Below, in pieces: positions 42,686 through 54,688 of a stretch of 64,000 bases of DNA. The first letter of the stretch is position 1. Every line of letters begins with the position of its first letter. Made by a program: the position numbers and the translations under genes. This DNA comes from an uncultured Clostridia bacterium (lineage in GTDB: Bacteria > Bacillota > Clostridia > TANB77 > CAG-508): NCBI GenBank assembly GCA_947629355.1, contig CANRDJ010000001.1:20585-84584 (forward strand), written 5' to 3'. Below the pieces are notes generated by a model. It worked only from the letters and a program-made list of their open reading frames with translations, had not been told where the DNA came from and ran no database searches.

Positions 42686-43928
42686 TATAATGATTTTTGC
42701 ACCAAGTTTGTTTAGCTTTTTGTCTAAGTTTTCATAGCCTCTTAATATATATTCTATATTATTTACTTTTGTTTTTCCTTTTGCTACTAATCCTGCTATT
42801 ACAACAGCAGCTCCTCCTCTTAAATCTGTTGCTTCTACTACTGCACCATTTAATTTTCTTACACCTTTTACAATAGCAATTTTACCTTCTATGTTTACTT
42901 TTGCTCCCATTCTTTTTAATTCATTTATATATCTATACCTGTTTTCAAATATATTTTCTACTATAACTGAAGTTCCTTTTGCTGTGCAAAGCATTGCTGT
43001 GAATACTGATTGCATATCTGTTGGAAATCCTGGATATGGCATAGTTTTTATGTCTATAGATTTTAATTTTTTAGGTGCATCTATTGTTACACTATTTTTA
43101 TTAATTTCAAACTTACATCCACATTCTTCTAATTTATTAATTATCGGACCTATATGTTCTGGAATAACATTATTTAAATGCACTTTCCCATAAGTTGTAG
43201 CTGCTGCACAAAGAAATGTACCTGCTTCTATTCTATCTGGCATTATATTATAGCTTACATCTTTTAATTTTTTTACTCCTATTATTTTTATAACATTTGT
43301 GCCAGCACCCTCTACTTTTGCTCCCATTTTATTTAAAAAGTTTTGTAAATCTTTTATTTCTGGTTCCATTGCAGCATTAGTAAGAATTGTTTCTCCGCTC
43401 AGCTAAAACTGATGCTAAAATAACATTTTCTGTTGCACCTACTGATGGAAAATCTAAGTGTATTTCTGCTCCAATAATTTTATCACATTTACATTTTATA
43501 TATCCTGATGTTTCGTCTATATTTATTCCTAGTTTTTTTAGTGATTTTAAATGTAAATCTATTGGTCTTGGACCTATATCACATCCTCCTGGATATGTAA
43601 ATACTGCATTTTTAAATCTTGCAAGTATTGCTCCTGCAAGGACTACAGAAGATCTCATTTGCCTCATTAAATCTTCTGGAATTTCATGATTATCCATTCT
43701 ACTTGAGTCTATTATTATTTTACCATTCTTCTTATCTACTTTGCAACCTAAAATCTTTAATATTTTTAAAGTTATTTGAGTATCATGTATATTGGGTACA
43801 TTATATAGCTTACTAACACCTCCATTTAAAATACTTGCAGCTATTATTGGAAGTGAAGCATTTTTAGAACCTGATATATCCACAACTCCTTCTAATCTAT
43901 TTCCACCTTCTATTATGTAACTAGACAT
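42680..43928 (-). CDS. murA: UDP-N-acetylglucosamine 1-carboxyvinyltransferase, 1-nt insertion near 43389
   Basis: ORFs 43377..43928 and 42680..43369 join as ..ASVLAEGETILTNAAMEPEIKD.. when G43389 is removed. Confidence 0.9.
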
Positions 43929-44135
43929 TCTTTATTCATCCTTTCTAAATCTAATTAACTTTTTGCTATATTCTATGAAGGGTTTACAGAAATTGTGAAT
44001 ATAAGTAAAATTTATATTTTACTCTATTTTTTTATATAATTTTTCTTTCTATAAATTTTATCAATTTTATGTTTAGTTTATTGACTTTATTCCTCATATG
44101 CTATATAATTCATATATATGAAAGAGGGAATATTT

Positions 44136-44531
44136 ATGGATTTATCTAAAGAAATTGAAATTGCCAAAAATGTTAGGAAAAATGCATACGCACCATATTC
44201 AAAATATTATGTAGGTTGCGCTTTAAAAACTTCAACTGGAAAAATATATTCGGGATGTAACATTGAAAATGGTGGCATTCAATCAATTTGTGCAGAAAGA
44301 GTGGCTTTTGTAAAAGCTATTTCTGAAGGTGAAAAAAGTTTTGAATATATTGTACTATGTGGTGGAAGTGATTTAAATTCATTAGATAATTGCCTTCCCT
44401 GTGGTTATTGTAGACAATTTATTAATGAATTTGTAGATAAAGATTTCAAAATATATGCACTTTCTGAAAATGATAATATAAGAGAATATTCTATGGAAGA
44501 TTTACTTCCAAATAGTTTTAAATTATTATAA
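44136..44531 (+). CDS. cdd: cytidine deaminase
   Basis: CAERVAF and PCGYCRQ zinc-binding motifs. AGAGGGA RBS before MDLSKE. Confidence 0.85.
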   Translation: MDLSKEIEIAKNVRKNAYAPYSKYYVGCALKTSTGKIYSGCNIENGGIQSICAERVAFVKAISEGEKSFEYIVLCGGSDLNSLDNCLPCGYCRQFINEFVDKDFKIYALSENDNIREYSMEDLLPNSFKLL

Positions 44532-44632
44532 AAGAAGGTCCTGTACCTTTTTTTCTATTGACTTTTTTAATCTTTTATATGATAATAAATATGTTCTTCT
44601 TAAAAAGGGAGAAACATATTTTATTTTAATAG

Positions 44633-46058
<1,426 letters not shown>

Positions 46059-46059
46059 T

Positions 46060-46080
46060 AAGACCTTATGGTCTTTTTTT
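46060..46080 (+). terminator. intrinsic terminator AAGACC-TTAT-GGTCTTTTTTT after purA/MITE
   Basis: 6-bp stem plus T-run. Confidence 0.6.
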
Positions 46081-46173
46081 TGTAACCTTTTTTATTTGTT
46101 TGAATATCATATGTTATTAACACATATATTTTAATAGTAGTGTATTATTTTAGTTCTTAGAATGGGGGTTTTT

Positions 46174-46326
46174 ATGAATACTAATAATTTTGATATGTCA
46201 AAAATGATGGAAATGCTATCTAAAATGGATAAAAAAGAATTGGAAGCTGGAATTGCAAAAGCTAATCAAATCCTTAAAACTAAAAGTAAGGATGAAATTT
46301 TAAGGGAAATAAACAAAAATAAATAA
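46174..46326 (+). CDS. hypothetical small protein (50 aa)
   Basis: Below the ORF-track threshold. ATG preceded by GAATGGGGGTTTTTATG, a variant of the conserved TTGCTCGAATGGAGGTTTTTATG motif. Confidence 0.4.
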   Translation: MNTNNFDMSKMMEMLSKMDKKELEAGIAKANQILKTKSKDEILREINKNK

Positions 46327-46340
46327 GGGGATTGATAATC

Positions 46341-46778
46341 TTGAATAATGAGGATATGTCACATGTTTTTGATAAATTAAATAATGTTGCTAGTCAGAAT
46401 AATATTTCACCTGAAATGGTAAATAATTTATTTAGTATGCTTAATAATTCTAATAATCATAACAATGATACAAATTCTAGCAGTGATTTTTGTGATAACT
46501 CTTCTCATCAAGATTATAATGATCAGTCATCGAGTTCTACAAACAATCAAAATAATCCTTTTGAAAGTAGTGGTATAGATTTTGAAACTATAATGAGAAT
46601 GAAAACTATTATAGATAAAATAAATACAAAAGATGATCCACGCTCCAATTTGTTACAATCTTTAAAACCATATCTGAAAGATAGTAGAAAATCAAAGGTG
46701 GATCAATACATACAACTTATTAATATGAGCAAAGTAATGGATGTGTTCCCTTTCATGGGTGGTGACTCAAAGAAATGA
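46341..46778 (+). CDS. hypothetical Asn/Ser-rich protein
   Basis: ORF 46332..46778. Probable TTG start at 46341 (GGGGA RBS) or ATG at 46356. Low-complexity N-terminal half. Confidence 0.45.
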   Translation: MNNEDMSHVFDKLNNVASQNNISPEMVNNLFSMLNNSNNHNNDTNSSSDFCDNSSHQDYNDQSSSSTNNQNNPFESSGIDFETIMRMKTIIDKINTKDDPRSNLLQSLKPYLKDSRKSKVDQYIQLINMSKVMDVFPFMGGDSKK

Positions 46779-46995
46779 TAGATAATATTTATAATGAATT
46801 TACTTTTGGAAGAAATGATAATCGTTTTGAAATTTTTGGTATAACTCTTTATTTTGACGATATTTTATTGATATGTCTTTTGCTTTTTTTATATAATGAG
46901 GGGGTTAAAGACCAGCTTTTATTTATATCATTAATTATGTTGTTGCTATCATAATTTGAATTTGATAGAAATTATTAATTATTAAATCGTTCAAA

Positions 46996-47072
46996 ATTTC
47001 AGGACAGTCCCTCTTTTCTTCCAAAGGTAAAAAAGGGGACTGTCCCTAGAATTTTTTCACACAAATTACAAT
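46996..47072. repeat. MITE-family hairpin module GGACAGTCCC-loop-GGGGACTGTCC plus right arm CACACAAATTACAATT; bidirectional terminator between convergent genes
   Basis: Perfect 10-bp inverted repeat. The right arm is identical to the TIR of the B copies. Confidence 0.6.
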
Positions 47073-47684
47073 TTATTCTAATATTATTTCGTTGTTGTCA
47101 TTAACATATGCAAATTTATATGGTTCTTCTAATTGTCCTTTTTCAATCTCTTTTACTATATTTGCAATTCTAAGTTGTGGACAGCCTATTCCATTTGTTG
47201 CTATGATTGCTTTTTTGTTTCCTTTGGCTCCTGCATGTGCTAACCCTCTTAAAATTCCCAATACAACTATATTCTCTCCTGCTATTGCTTCTGCACCACC
47301 ATTTAAATCTCCTAATATTACAAGACTTCCTTCAAATTCTATTTTTTGACCAGATCTTAGACTTCCTCTATAAAACTTAGTTTCAGATGTATTAATTTCC
47401 TCTTCAAATACTTTTTTTATGCCATGTAATCCTAATGTTTTAGGGCTATCAAACGTAACGTCAACATCAATTTCATCTGTAATTATTTTTTTTATTTCTT
47501 CTATCTCTTTATTTTTTAATACTTTACCTGATACACATATTGGTGTTTTTTCAGCTTTATATAATTTTTTTAGTGCTGGTATTTTCTTGTTTAAACATTG
47601 TATTGTTTCATCATATGTTGCTTTTTCACTTATTCTTATTACTATTTCATCTTTTTTCATACTAATTCCTACTGGGTTTCTCAT
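47073..47684 (-). CDS. minC: septum site-determining protein MinC
   Basis: C-terminal RSGQKIEFEGSLVILGDLNGGAEAIAGENIVVLGILRGLAHAG beta-helix motif. AGGAGGA RBS. No minD/minE downstream. Confidence 0.85.
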   Translation of the reverse strand: MRNPVGISMKKDEIVIRISEKATYDETIQCLNKKIPALKKLYKAEKTPICVSGKVLKNKEIEEIKKIITDEIDVDVTFDSPKTLGLHGIKKVFEEEINTSETKFYRGSLRSGQKIEFEGSLVILGDLNGGAEAIAGENIVVLGILRGLAHAGAKGNKKAIIATNGIGCPQLRIANIVKEIEKGQLEEPYKFAYVNDNNEIILE

Positions 47685-47715
47685 TTATATTCCTCCTTTA
47701 TTTAGTCATTATAGA

Positions 47716-47896
47716 GTTTGAGGGACAAGCCTTAAGTTATTAGCATTCCTCATAGATTGAGGCATGTCCTTTGCAATGTTTGAGGGACAAGCCTTAAGTC
47801 ATTAGCATTCCTCATAGATTGAGGCATGTCCTTTGCAATGTTTGAGGGACAAGCCTTAAGTCATTAGCATTCCTCATAGATTGAGGCATGTCCCTC
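47716..47896. repeat. hairpin-repeat array: three tandem 62-nt units
   Basis: GTTTGAGGGACAAGCCTTAAGT(T/C)ATTAGCATTCCTCATAGATTGAGGCATGTCC(TTTGCAAT) x3, final unit ends GTCCCTCTTTTTAAT. No spacers. Confidence 0.9.
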
Positions 47897-47899
47897 TTT

Positions 47900-49972
47900 T
47901 TAATTGTTTTGCTGTTCTGTATATGGCTTTGCTGTTACGTCTTCATTTATTTCTCCTTTTAAGTTGAAGTATTCTTCTATAATTTCTTTTGTAACTTCTG
48001 CTGTATATGAACCGTGTGCTCCATTTTCTACCATTACTACAATTGCGATTTCAGGATTATCATATGGTGCAAATCCTACAAACCATGCATTAACATTATC
48101 CCCTGCTTCCGCAGAACCAGTCTTTCCACCTACTTCGATATCAAAATCTTTAAATACGCCATATGCTGTTCCTCCAGTTTCTGTTGTAACTGATTTCATT
48201 CCTTCTAGTACTAAATCTAAATTTTCCTTTTTAATATCTAAGTCTTCATTATTTATCTCTGTTAGATTCAATTTTTGTTGAGAATATTGTTTAATTTTTT
48301 CTTTTCCTAATGATATACCATCTGCATCTATTATATCTTTTACAATACTGACTTTGACATTTTTTCCTCCATTTGCAAGCATTGCTATATATCTTGCCAT
48401 TTGAATAGGTGTAAAATTGTTTTCGGCTTGTCCAATTACTGCGGATAAAGAATTCCCATAATACCAGGTTTCTTTCAATTTATTGTATAGAGTTTTTCCA
48501 GCTAGTGTTCCGGATACTTCTCCTGGCAATTCTATATTGGTTTTTTGTCCTAGTCCAAAGTATGTTGCATATTTTTCCAAGTTTTCTATTCCCATTCTAG
48601 TTATTACTTCATAAAAGAAATAGTTACATGAATTTTTTATTGCCCCTGATACGTTTAAGGCACCATGTCCTCTGCCTTGACTAGAATAAATCCAGCATCT
48701 TGGTTTATACCCTCGTGGATATATTCCTGTATCATATATTGTTTCTGTAGGAGTTATTGCTCCTGTTTCCAAACCTGCTATTGCTGATACCATTTTAAAT
48801 GTAGATCCTGGTGCATATGCACTTTGTATTGCTCTATTTACTAATGCGCTTCCTTCCTCTTTAGTATATTCATTCCATTTTTCTGTGCTTATTCCATTAA
48901 CAAATAATTGTGGCTCAAAATCTGGATAACTTGCTATTGCAAGTACGTCTCCTGTTTTTACATCTAATACAACCGCAGCTCCAGATTTTACATCTCTAGT
49001 TTCGTAAAATCCACCTGTTTTTATTTTTTCTATATTATTTTTTAAAGCCTTTTCTGTTGTAGATTGAAGATTCGCATCAATTGTTAATATGACATTGCTT
49101 CCTTGAATTGCTTCTTCTGTTATATATTCTCCTGTTGTTGTTCCATCTATTGACATATCTGTTTGTTTTTTACCATTTTTTCCTCTTAAATATGGTTCAA
49201 ATACGTATTCTATTCCTGCTTTTCCTATATAATCATTCATAGAATAACCTTCCATTTTTTTTAGTTCTTCTTCATTTATTTCTCCTATATATCCAATTGC
49301 ATGTGATGCTAAGCTTTGTCTTAAATATTTTCTAACAGATGATGTTGATATTGATACTCCAGGAAATTCTAAATTTCTCTCTTCAAATATTGCTACACTT
49401 TTTGTACTTATATTTTTTGCTATGGTATATGAATTCATACTACTATAACCTTCTGTTTCTATACCATATCTCATAGCAATTATTTTTCTTGCTTCTTTTA
49501 TATTGTTATTACTTATTTCGTATTTTTCTTTATATTTTTGTAATACCTCTTCTGCTGATGAATTTTCATCTAAATTATTATCTTTCAACCAGTTTTTTAA
49601 TTTCTCATCACTTATTGTAAATTCTGTTGGATTTATTTTAACAGGGAATTCATCTTTATACTTATCTTCATTTGATTCTAAAACTTGTGCTACTTTTAAT
49701 AAAGTATTATTTAGAGTTTCTGTATCTATTTTACTTCTGTATATTTCGACATTATATTGATTTACTGTTCCTGCAAGAACGTTTCCATTTCTATCTAATA
49801 TATCTCCTCTTGCAGCAACAATAGTATTTTCTCTAGTTAATCTCGAACTAGATTTTTGTAAGTATTCTTCACCATGTACTATTTGAAGGTTAAAAAGTTG
49901 TACTAATAGTATGATACCTGTTATATACACAATTACTGTTAGTATATTGTATCTTACATTCTTTTTGTCCAT
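47900..49972 (-). CDS. mrdA: penicillin-binding protein 2 (elongasome transpeptidase)
   Basis: 690 aa. N-terminal TM and PBP dimerisation domain. Transpeptidase motifs STFK (PGSTFK), SxN (SCN) and KTG (GKTGS). Confidence 0.9.
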   Translation of the reverse strand: MDKKNVRYNILTVIVYITGIILLVQLFNLQIVHGEEYLQKSSSRLTRENTIVAARGDILDRNGNVLAGTVNQYNVEIYRSKIDTETLNNTLLKVAQVLESNEDKYKDEFPVKINPTEFTISDEKLKNWLKDNNLDENSSAEEVLQKYKEKYEISNNNIKEARKIIAMRYGIETEGYSSMNSYTIAKNISTKSVAIFEERNLEFPGVSISTSSVRKYLRQSLASHAIGYIGEINEEELKKMEGYSMNDYIGKAGIEYVFEPYLRGKNGKKQTDMSIDGTTTGEYITEEAIQGSNVILTIDANLQSTTEKALKNNIEKIKTGGFYETRDVKSGAAVVLDVKTGDVLAIASYPDFEPQLFVNGISTEKWNEYTKEEGSALVNRAIQSAYAPGSTFKMVSAIAGLETGAITPTETIYDTGIYPRGYKPRCWIYSSQGRGHGALNVSGAIKNSCNYFFYEVITRMGIENLEKYATYFGLGQKTNIELPGEVSGTLAGKTLYNKLKETWYYGNSLSAVIGQAENNFTPIQMARYIAMLANGGKNVKVSIVKDIIDADGISLGKEKIKQYSQQKLNLTEINNEDLDIKKENLDLVLEGMKSVTTETGGTAYGVFKDFDIEVGGKTGSAEAGDNVNAWFVGFAPYDNPEIAIVVMVENGAHGSYTAEVTKEIIEEYFNLKGEINEDVTAKPYTEQQNN

Positions 49973-50018
49973 ACTTGATTTTACCTCCTTCTTTTATGTT
50001 TAATTTGTGTTATTACAA

Positions 50019-50081
50019 AGTTTGAGGAACATACCTTAGCATACGGAGGATTTCTCATAGGTTGAGGTATATCCCCCGTTT
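50019..50081. repeat. single degenerate hairpin-repeat unit between PBP2 start and mreD stop
   Basis: AGTTTGAGGAACATACCTTAGCATACGGAGGATTTCTCATAGGTTGAGGTATATCCCCCGTTTTTAAT. Confidence 0.65.
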
Positions 50082-50616
50082 TTAATAGTATCTAGTTAAT
50101 ATTTTATTTTCTGTAAATATTTTTTCCAATAATACACCTAATCTATTAATTACTGGATATATAATGATTATTATCATTGCATTAAATATTATTTCTAATA
50201 GTATTATTTTTATAAATGCTAAAATCTCAAATGATAATTTAAATAATACCATTTGAATTATATATGATATTATTTCGCATATAAGTGTTGTTACAACTGA
50301 CATTAGCATTATTGTAATTCTACTATCTTTTGAAAGATTTTTTGTAAACATTCCTCCGCATTAATCCTGATATTCCTAATACTATTGCGTTTATTCCAAG
50401 TGCTTTTCCAATAAATAAGTCTAATGATAATCCAAGTATTATTCCTATTGATGCACCATATATTTTGCCTATAAATATTCCTATAAACAATGAAAGTAAT
50501 ATAAAAAGATTTGGTTTTACTCCTGCTATGTTAAACCAATTAAAGAAATTCGATTGTAAAAAATATATAAAAATAAATGATATAAATATAATTATAATAG
50601 ACAATATCTTTTTCAT
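50082..50616 (-). CDS. mreD: rod shape-determining protein MreD, 1-nt insertion near 50358
   Basis: ORFs 50323..50616 and 50082..50351 join as ..GISGLMGGMFTKNLSK.. when G50358 is removed. Polytopic small membrane protein directly upstream of PBP2. Confidence 0.7.
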
Positions 50617-50707
50617 TATGACCTCTTTATTTTAATTTGTAACTATTTTACATTATTTTTTTAAATTTTTCAAGGAAATTTCTACGGAAATAAGAATTTT
50701 AGAAAAT

Positions 50708-50808
50708 AATTGTTGTTTGTTTAGTTCTCTGGAAATTTCAATAACAGTCTCCTTTGTTTAAAAACAAAAGGGACTGCCTCCTTAAATTTTCCCAAACAAA
50801 TTACAATT
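50708..50808. mobile_element. MITE-family element with hairpin core: left TIR AATTGTTGTTTGTTTAGTT, core ACAGTCTCC...GGGACTGCC, right TIR CAAACAAATTACAATT
   Basis: Left TIR matches copy B (AATTGTTGTTTGTTGAATT) and right TIR matches B/46996. Confidence 0.6.
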
Positions 50809-51666
50809 TATACAATTAAATATTGCAACACTACTGTTGATATTACACCTATTAAATATAGACCTAATACTATTTTTATATTTTCTTTTTGATTATGATT
50901 TACTTTAAACAGTACTATTAATCCTACTCCTGCGTTTACTAATAGTCCTCCTATCATTAGTGCTAGGTTTAATACATTCGATAAATAAAGCTCTGTTAAT
51001 ATTACTGATGATGCACAATTTGGTATTAATCCAATTAATGCTACAATTAGCGAACTTATTATTGGTTTATATGACGTTAATTTTGCTAAGTTGTCTTCAC
51101 CAATATATTTTATTGCAAAATTTAATAATAAAGATATTACAAAAACAAATATAAATACATTTATTGTGTGTTTTATGGCCGACTTCCATATACTTTTTTC
51201 ACAATGACAATGGTCATGTTTACATATGCTTTCTATTTTGCTATTTTCATTATTCTTTTTATAAAATTTATTTAATAATAAATCTATTATTATACCAGCA
51301 ATCATGCCTATTAGTATTTTAATTCCTAATATTTTTAGTATCAAAGACCCTGATATGCCTTCCGATAATAATATTGGAAGCATCTCATCTGAGGTGGATA
51401 AATATACTGCAAATAATGTACCGAATTGTTATTACTCTTCCTGCATATAAATTTGTTGCTGTTACTGAAAATCCACATTGTGGAAAAGCACCTAATATAC
51501 TACCTATAAAAGGACCAAATCTTCCGGATTTTTTTATTGCTTCTCTTGTTTTATTCGTTGTTTTATGCTCAATATATTCCATTATTAAATATGCCACTAG
51601 TAAAAATGGAAGTATCTTTATTGTATCAATCAAAGTATCTTCCAAAATATGTAACAATTCGTGCAT
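50808..51666 (-). CDS. polytopic membrane protein with His/Cys-rich loop (KHDHCHCEKS); putative metal-related permease; 1-nt insertion near 51424
   Basis: ORFs 51385..51666 and 50808..51383 join as ..RVITIGTLFAVYLSTSDEMLPILLSEG.. when G51424 is removed. Confidence 0.55.
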
Positions 51667-51822
51667 TGTTTCCTCCTATTGAAAATTGCTTAAATCAATT
51701 TTGTGTTACCACATATTACCACTTTTTATGCATAAAGTCAAGAAAATATATGAATTAGGCTTCAAAATGTACATTGCAATATTAATTACAATTTACATTT
51801 TGCAAATGTTTTATTATTTTCC

Positions 51823-51851
51823 TTGACTATATAGAAAAAATGTGTTATTAT
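51823..51851 (+). promoter_or_regulatory. sigmaA promoter TTGACT-17-TATTAT for tRNA-Arg(UCU)
   Basis: Hexamers and spacing, about 20 nt upstream of the tRNA 5' end. Confidence 0.55.
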
Positions 51852-51872
51852 ATTACTTGCTTTAAAGAATTT

Positions 51873-51949
<77 letters not shown>

Positions 51950-52056
51950 AAAAAGTCTGCATACGCAGACTTTTTTATTTAAATTTTGTTCAATTAATTG
52001 ATATGGAATAGATATAAAATACCATTGATATTATAATCAATGGTATTTTTGTTTGT

Positions 52057-54246
52057 TTATCTTGATATTTTGATATTTTTTACACTCCAGTTTGAGTAGT
52101 AATTTACCTTAGAAATAGTTTTATAAGAACGAATACGTACATAATATTTTTTGTTTTTAGTTAGTTTAGTAATTGATTTTGATGTTGTACTGTTCTTTTT
52201 AACAGTTACTGTCTTTACATTCTTTTTGAATTTTTTATCTGTAGAATATTGAATTTGATATCCTGTTACTGCTTTATCTTTATTCCATTTTATAGTCATT
52301 TTTTTATTTGCAGTATTGCTTAGTTTAGAAATTTTAATTGCTGGTGGATTTACTATTATTGTTATTTTCTTTGATGCCTTATTGTATCCTTGTGTTTCAC
52401 CTGCTGTAATTGTAATTGTTGCTTTTCCAATAAATCCTTTTGCAACTGTTACTTTTCCACTACTGTTTACTTTTACGTTTTTGTTGTTACTGCTATATGT
52501 TAGTTTTGCATTACCTATTTGTTTAGCTACTATTTTAATAACTTGTGCTTTTTTAGAATAATTTGCTACTATATTTGCAGCTGTTATTGAATTATTTTTC
52601 TTAACAATTTTAAAGTTTTTTGTTATTGTTCCTGTATAGTGATTCTTTCCTGTAATAGCTACTGTTGCCATGCCAGCTTTAACATTATTACTATAATTTA
52701 CAGTATAATCTTGACCTTTAACTAAAGTTTTACTTTCATCTTTTACTATAACAGTTGGTTCTTTTTTCGTTCCATCATATACGTAGTTTGATGTAGATAA
52801 AGAAACTTTTGTATTTGCTATTTTTTCTGTTGAATCCCTTGTTTCAGTGTATCCACATCTAGTACAAGTATGTTTATCTTCAACTGCACTAGCATATGTC
52901 CAATTTCCAAAACTATGTCCTAATGCTGGATCTACTAACTTTTCAGTTCTTACTATTTTATTACATACTCTACACCTATATTCAACTTCATGATATCCAT
53001 TAGTTGTACAAGTAGCATAAATTCTTTTAACTTCTTCTCCACCTAAAGTAATGTGTCCATTGTTTGAAGTAAATTCAAATTTAGTATTATTTCCGTCTGA
53101 ATCTACTGCAACTATTGTTTTTTTAGCATCTAAGTATGTTGGTAATTCAAATGTTTTTTCTGTCCAACTATTATATTTGAATTTTGTAATTGTAATTCCA
53201 TTTACTTTAATATAATCAATTTCTTTATTATCTGTTACTGTAACAACAGGATTCTCACAATAGAGACCTTCTTGCTTAATTTCTTCTCCTGTGCTACTTT
53301 TTGCTGTAATAACAGGAGCTGTAGTATCTTTAGTTATTGATTTGTTTTCTTTTTTAGAAACTTCTGGTTTATTTTTTTCATGTTCTAATACTTCTCCAGT
53401 AGTTACAGTTAACTTATCTCTTCCAATAATACAATCAGCACTAATTGCTCCAGATTGTGCACGTTTTTCTCCTGCAGGTTCTGCAGTTATTTCTACTTTA
53501 CTATTCTCTGCAAATTTGATATCACCATTTACTATAATACCCCAATAATATGGGCTATTTATTTTAATTTTTCCTGTAGCCTCAATTATAAAACCTGAGT
53601 CTGGGTCATTATCATTTATTTTATCAGTTTCAAGTACAATACCTGGTACAATGTAGTCGGTTTGTTCTTCTGCTGTTTGTTCAGTATTCATATTATGAAC
53701 AGTTTCAGTCTTTCTTTCTAAATGAGCTTGAACATCTAAAGTACCAGTTCCTTTTATAGTAACACCTTTTGTGTAACCACCTGTTATACCATATCCTGTA
53801 ACTTTATTTGTACCTTCAAGTTCAATAGTAATATGTGTTTTACGTGCTAAATGCCTTTGTAAATTAGGAAAAACTGTCCTAGGATCTGTTCCTTTTTCTG
53901 CACTACTTTCAGCTACTTCTACATCTGAATCATCATAAGGTAATATAACTTTTTTTGCAGTCAAGTCTTTAAATTTAATTGTATAATTATGACCTACTTT
54001 TTTTATTTCATAGCCATCTTTAGTTAAATCACCATAAGAATCACGGTTTGATGATTTTGAAAAATCAAATTTTACTCTATTTGAAAAATCAAGAACATCA
54101 CCCTGAATATTATTTTTCGATTCGTATTCTGAATCATATCCTACTGTTGCAATAACTGTTGGAGCCATTACAGAAAACGTTAAAACCGAAACTAGTATAA
54201 GTGCTAAAAATGATTTTTTGTTAATATTTATTAAATTGCTAATCAT
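52057..54246 (-). CDS. secreted protein with Cys-rich segment, bacterial Ig-like (Big) and FN3-like C-terminal domains
   Basis: Signal peptide. Cys-rich CTTNGYHEVEYRCRVCN...CTRCGY. Repeated beta-rich domains (..TVAITGKNHYTGTITKNFKIV.. / ..ATITITAGETQGYNKASKKITIIV..). Confidence 0.5.
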   Translation of the reverse strand: MISNLININKKSFLALILVSVLTFSVMAPTVIATVGYDSEYESKNNIQGDVLDFSNRVKFDFSKSSNRDSYGDLTKDGYEIKKVGHNYTIKFKDLTAKKVILPYDDSDVEVAESSAEKGTDPRTVFPNLQRHLARKTHITIELEGTNKVTGYGITGGYTKGVTIKGTGTLDVQAHLERKTETVHNMNTEQTAEEQTDYIVPGIVLETDKINDNDPDSGFIIEATGKIKINSPYYWGIIVNGDIKFAENSKVEITAEPAGEKRAQSGAISADCIIGRDKLTVTTGEVLEHEKNKPEVSKKENKSITKDTTAPVITAKSSTGEEIKQEGLYCENPVVTVTDNKEIDYIKVNGITITKFKYNSWTEKTFELPTYLDAKKTIVAVDSDGNNTKFEFTSNNGHITLGGEEVKRIYATCTTNGYHEVEYRCRVCNKIVRTEKLVDPALGHSFGNWTYASAVEDKHTCTRCGYTETRDSTEKIANTKVSLSTSNYVYDGTKKEPTVIVKDESKTLVKGQDYTVNYSNNVKAGMATVAITGKNHYTGTITKNFKIVKKNNSITAANIVANYSKKAQVIKIVAKQIGNAKLTYSSNNKNVKVNSSGKVTVAKGFIGKATITITAGETQGYNKASKKITIIVNPPAIKISKLSNTANKKMTIKWNKDKAVTGYQIQYSTDKKFKKNVKTVTVKKNSTTSKSITKLTKNKKYYVRIRSYKTISKVNYYSNWSVKNIKISR

Positions 54247-54423
54247 AAAATCACCTCTTCTACTTATTATTATATATTTACTTGTTATTATTATATACTA
54301 ATTAACAGGTTTTGGTCAATACTTTTGTAATATTTATTCTAATTTCTATATATTAATTTTCATAATTACTCTTTTATTATTATTTTATTTATAAAATTTT
54401 TAGGATATGTTCTCTTTTAAAGT

Positions 54424-54650
54424 CCAAATACCCTCCTGCATCTGGGCCCTCAATAACTATCATATCTGGAACATAATTATATTTCTTTGTCCAATGCCTA
54501 ACTATTAATTCACAACATCTAAGAGATGAAACAATTGGTGCAATTCTTGTGTTTGTTCCATTTACGTATTCAGGTAAATCTTTTGGAATGCCTGCTCCTG
54601 AAATTATTAAGTCAATTTTTTGTTTTACACATTCCTTTACTACAGAATAA
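54424..54650 (-). pseudogene. remnant of a nitronate-monooxygenase/FabK-like flavin oxidoreductase gene
   Basis: Minus-strand translation VVKECVKQKIDLIISGAGIPKDLPEYVNGTNTRIAPIVSSLRCCELIVRHWTKKYNYVPDMIVIEGPDAGGYLDF matches the C-terminal NMO/FabK region (..IVEGPEAGGHLGF). No start, only about 75 codons. Confidence 0.5.
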
Positions 54651-54688
54651 AAAACAACCTATTAAATAGGCTGTTTTTATTCTATAAA

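Noticed and set aside
47716-47896. Possible CRISPR array (regular ~62-nt repeats)
   Set aside because: Units abut each other with no unique spacers. Repeats vary among themselves instead of spacers varying. No cas genes. The same unit occurs singly elsewhere.
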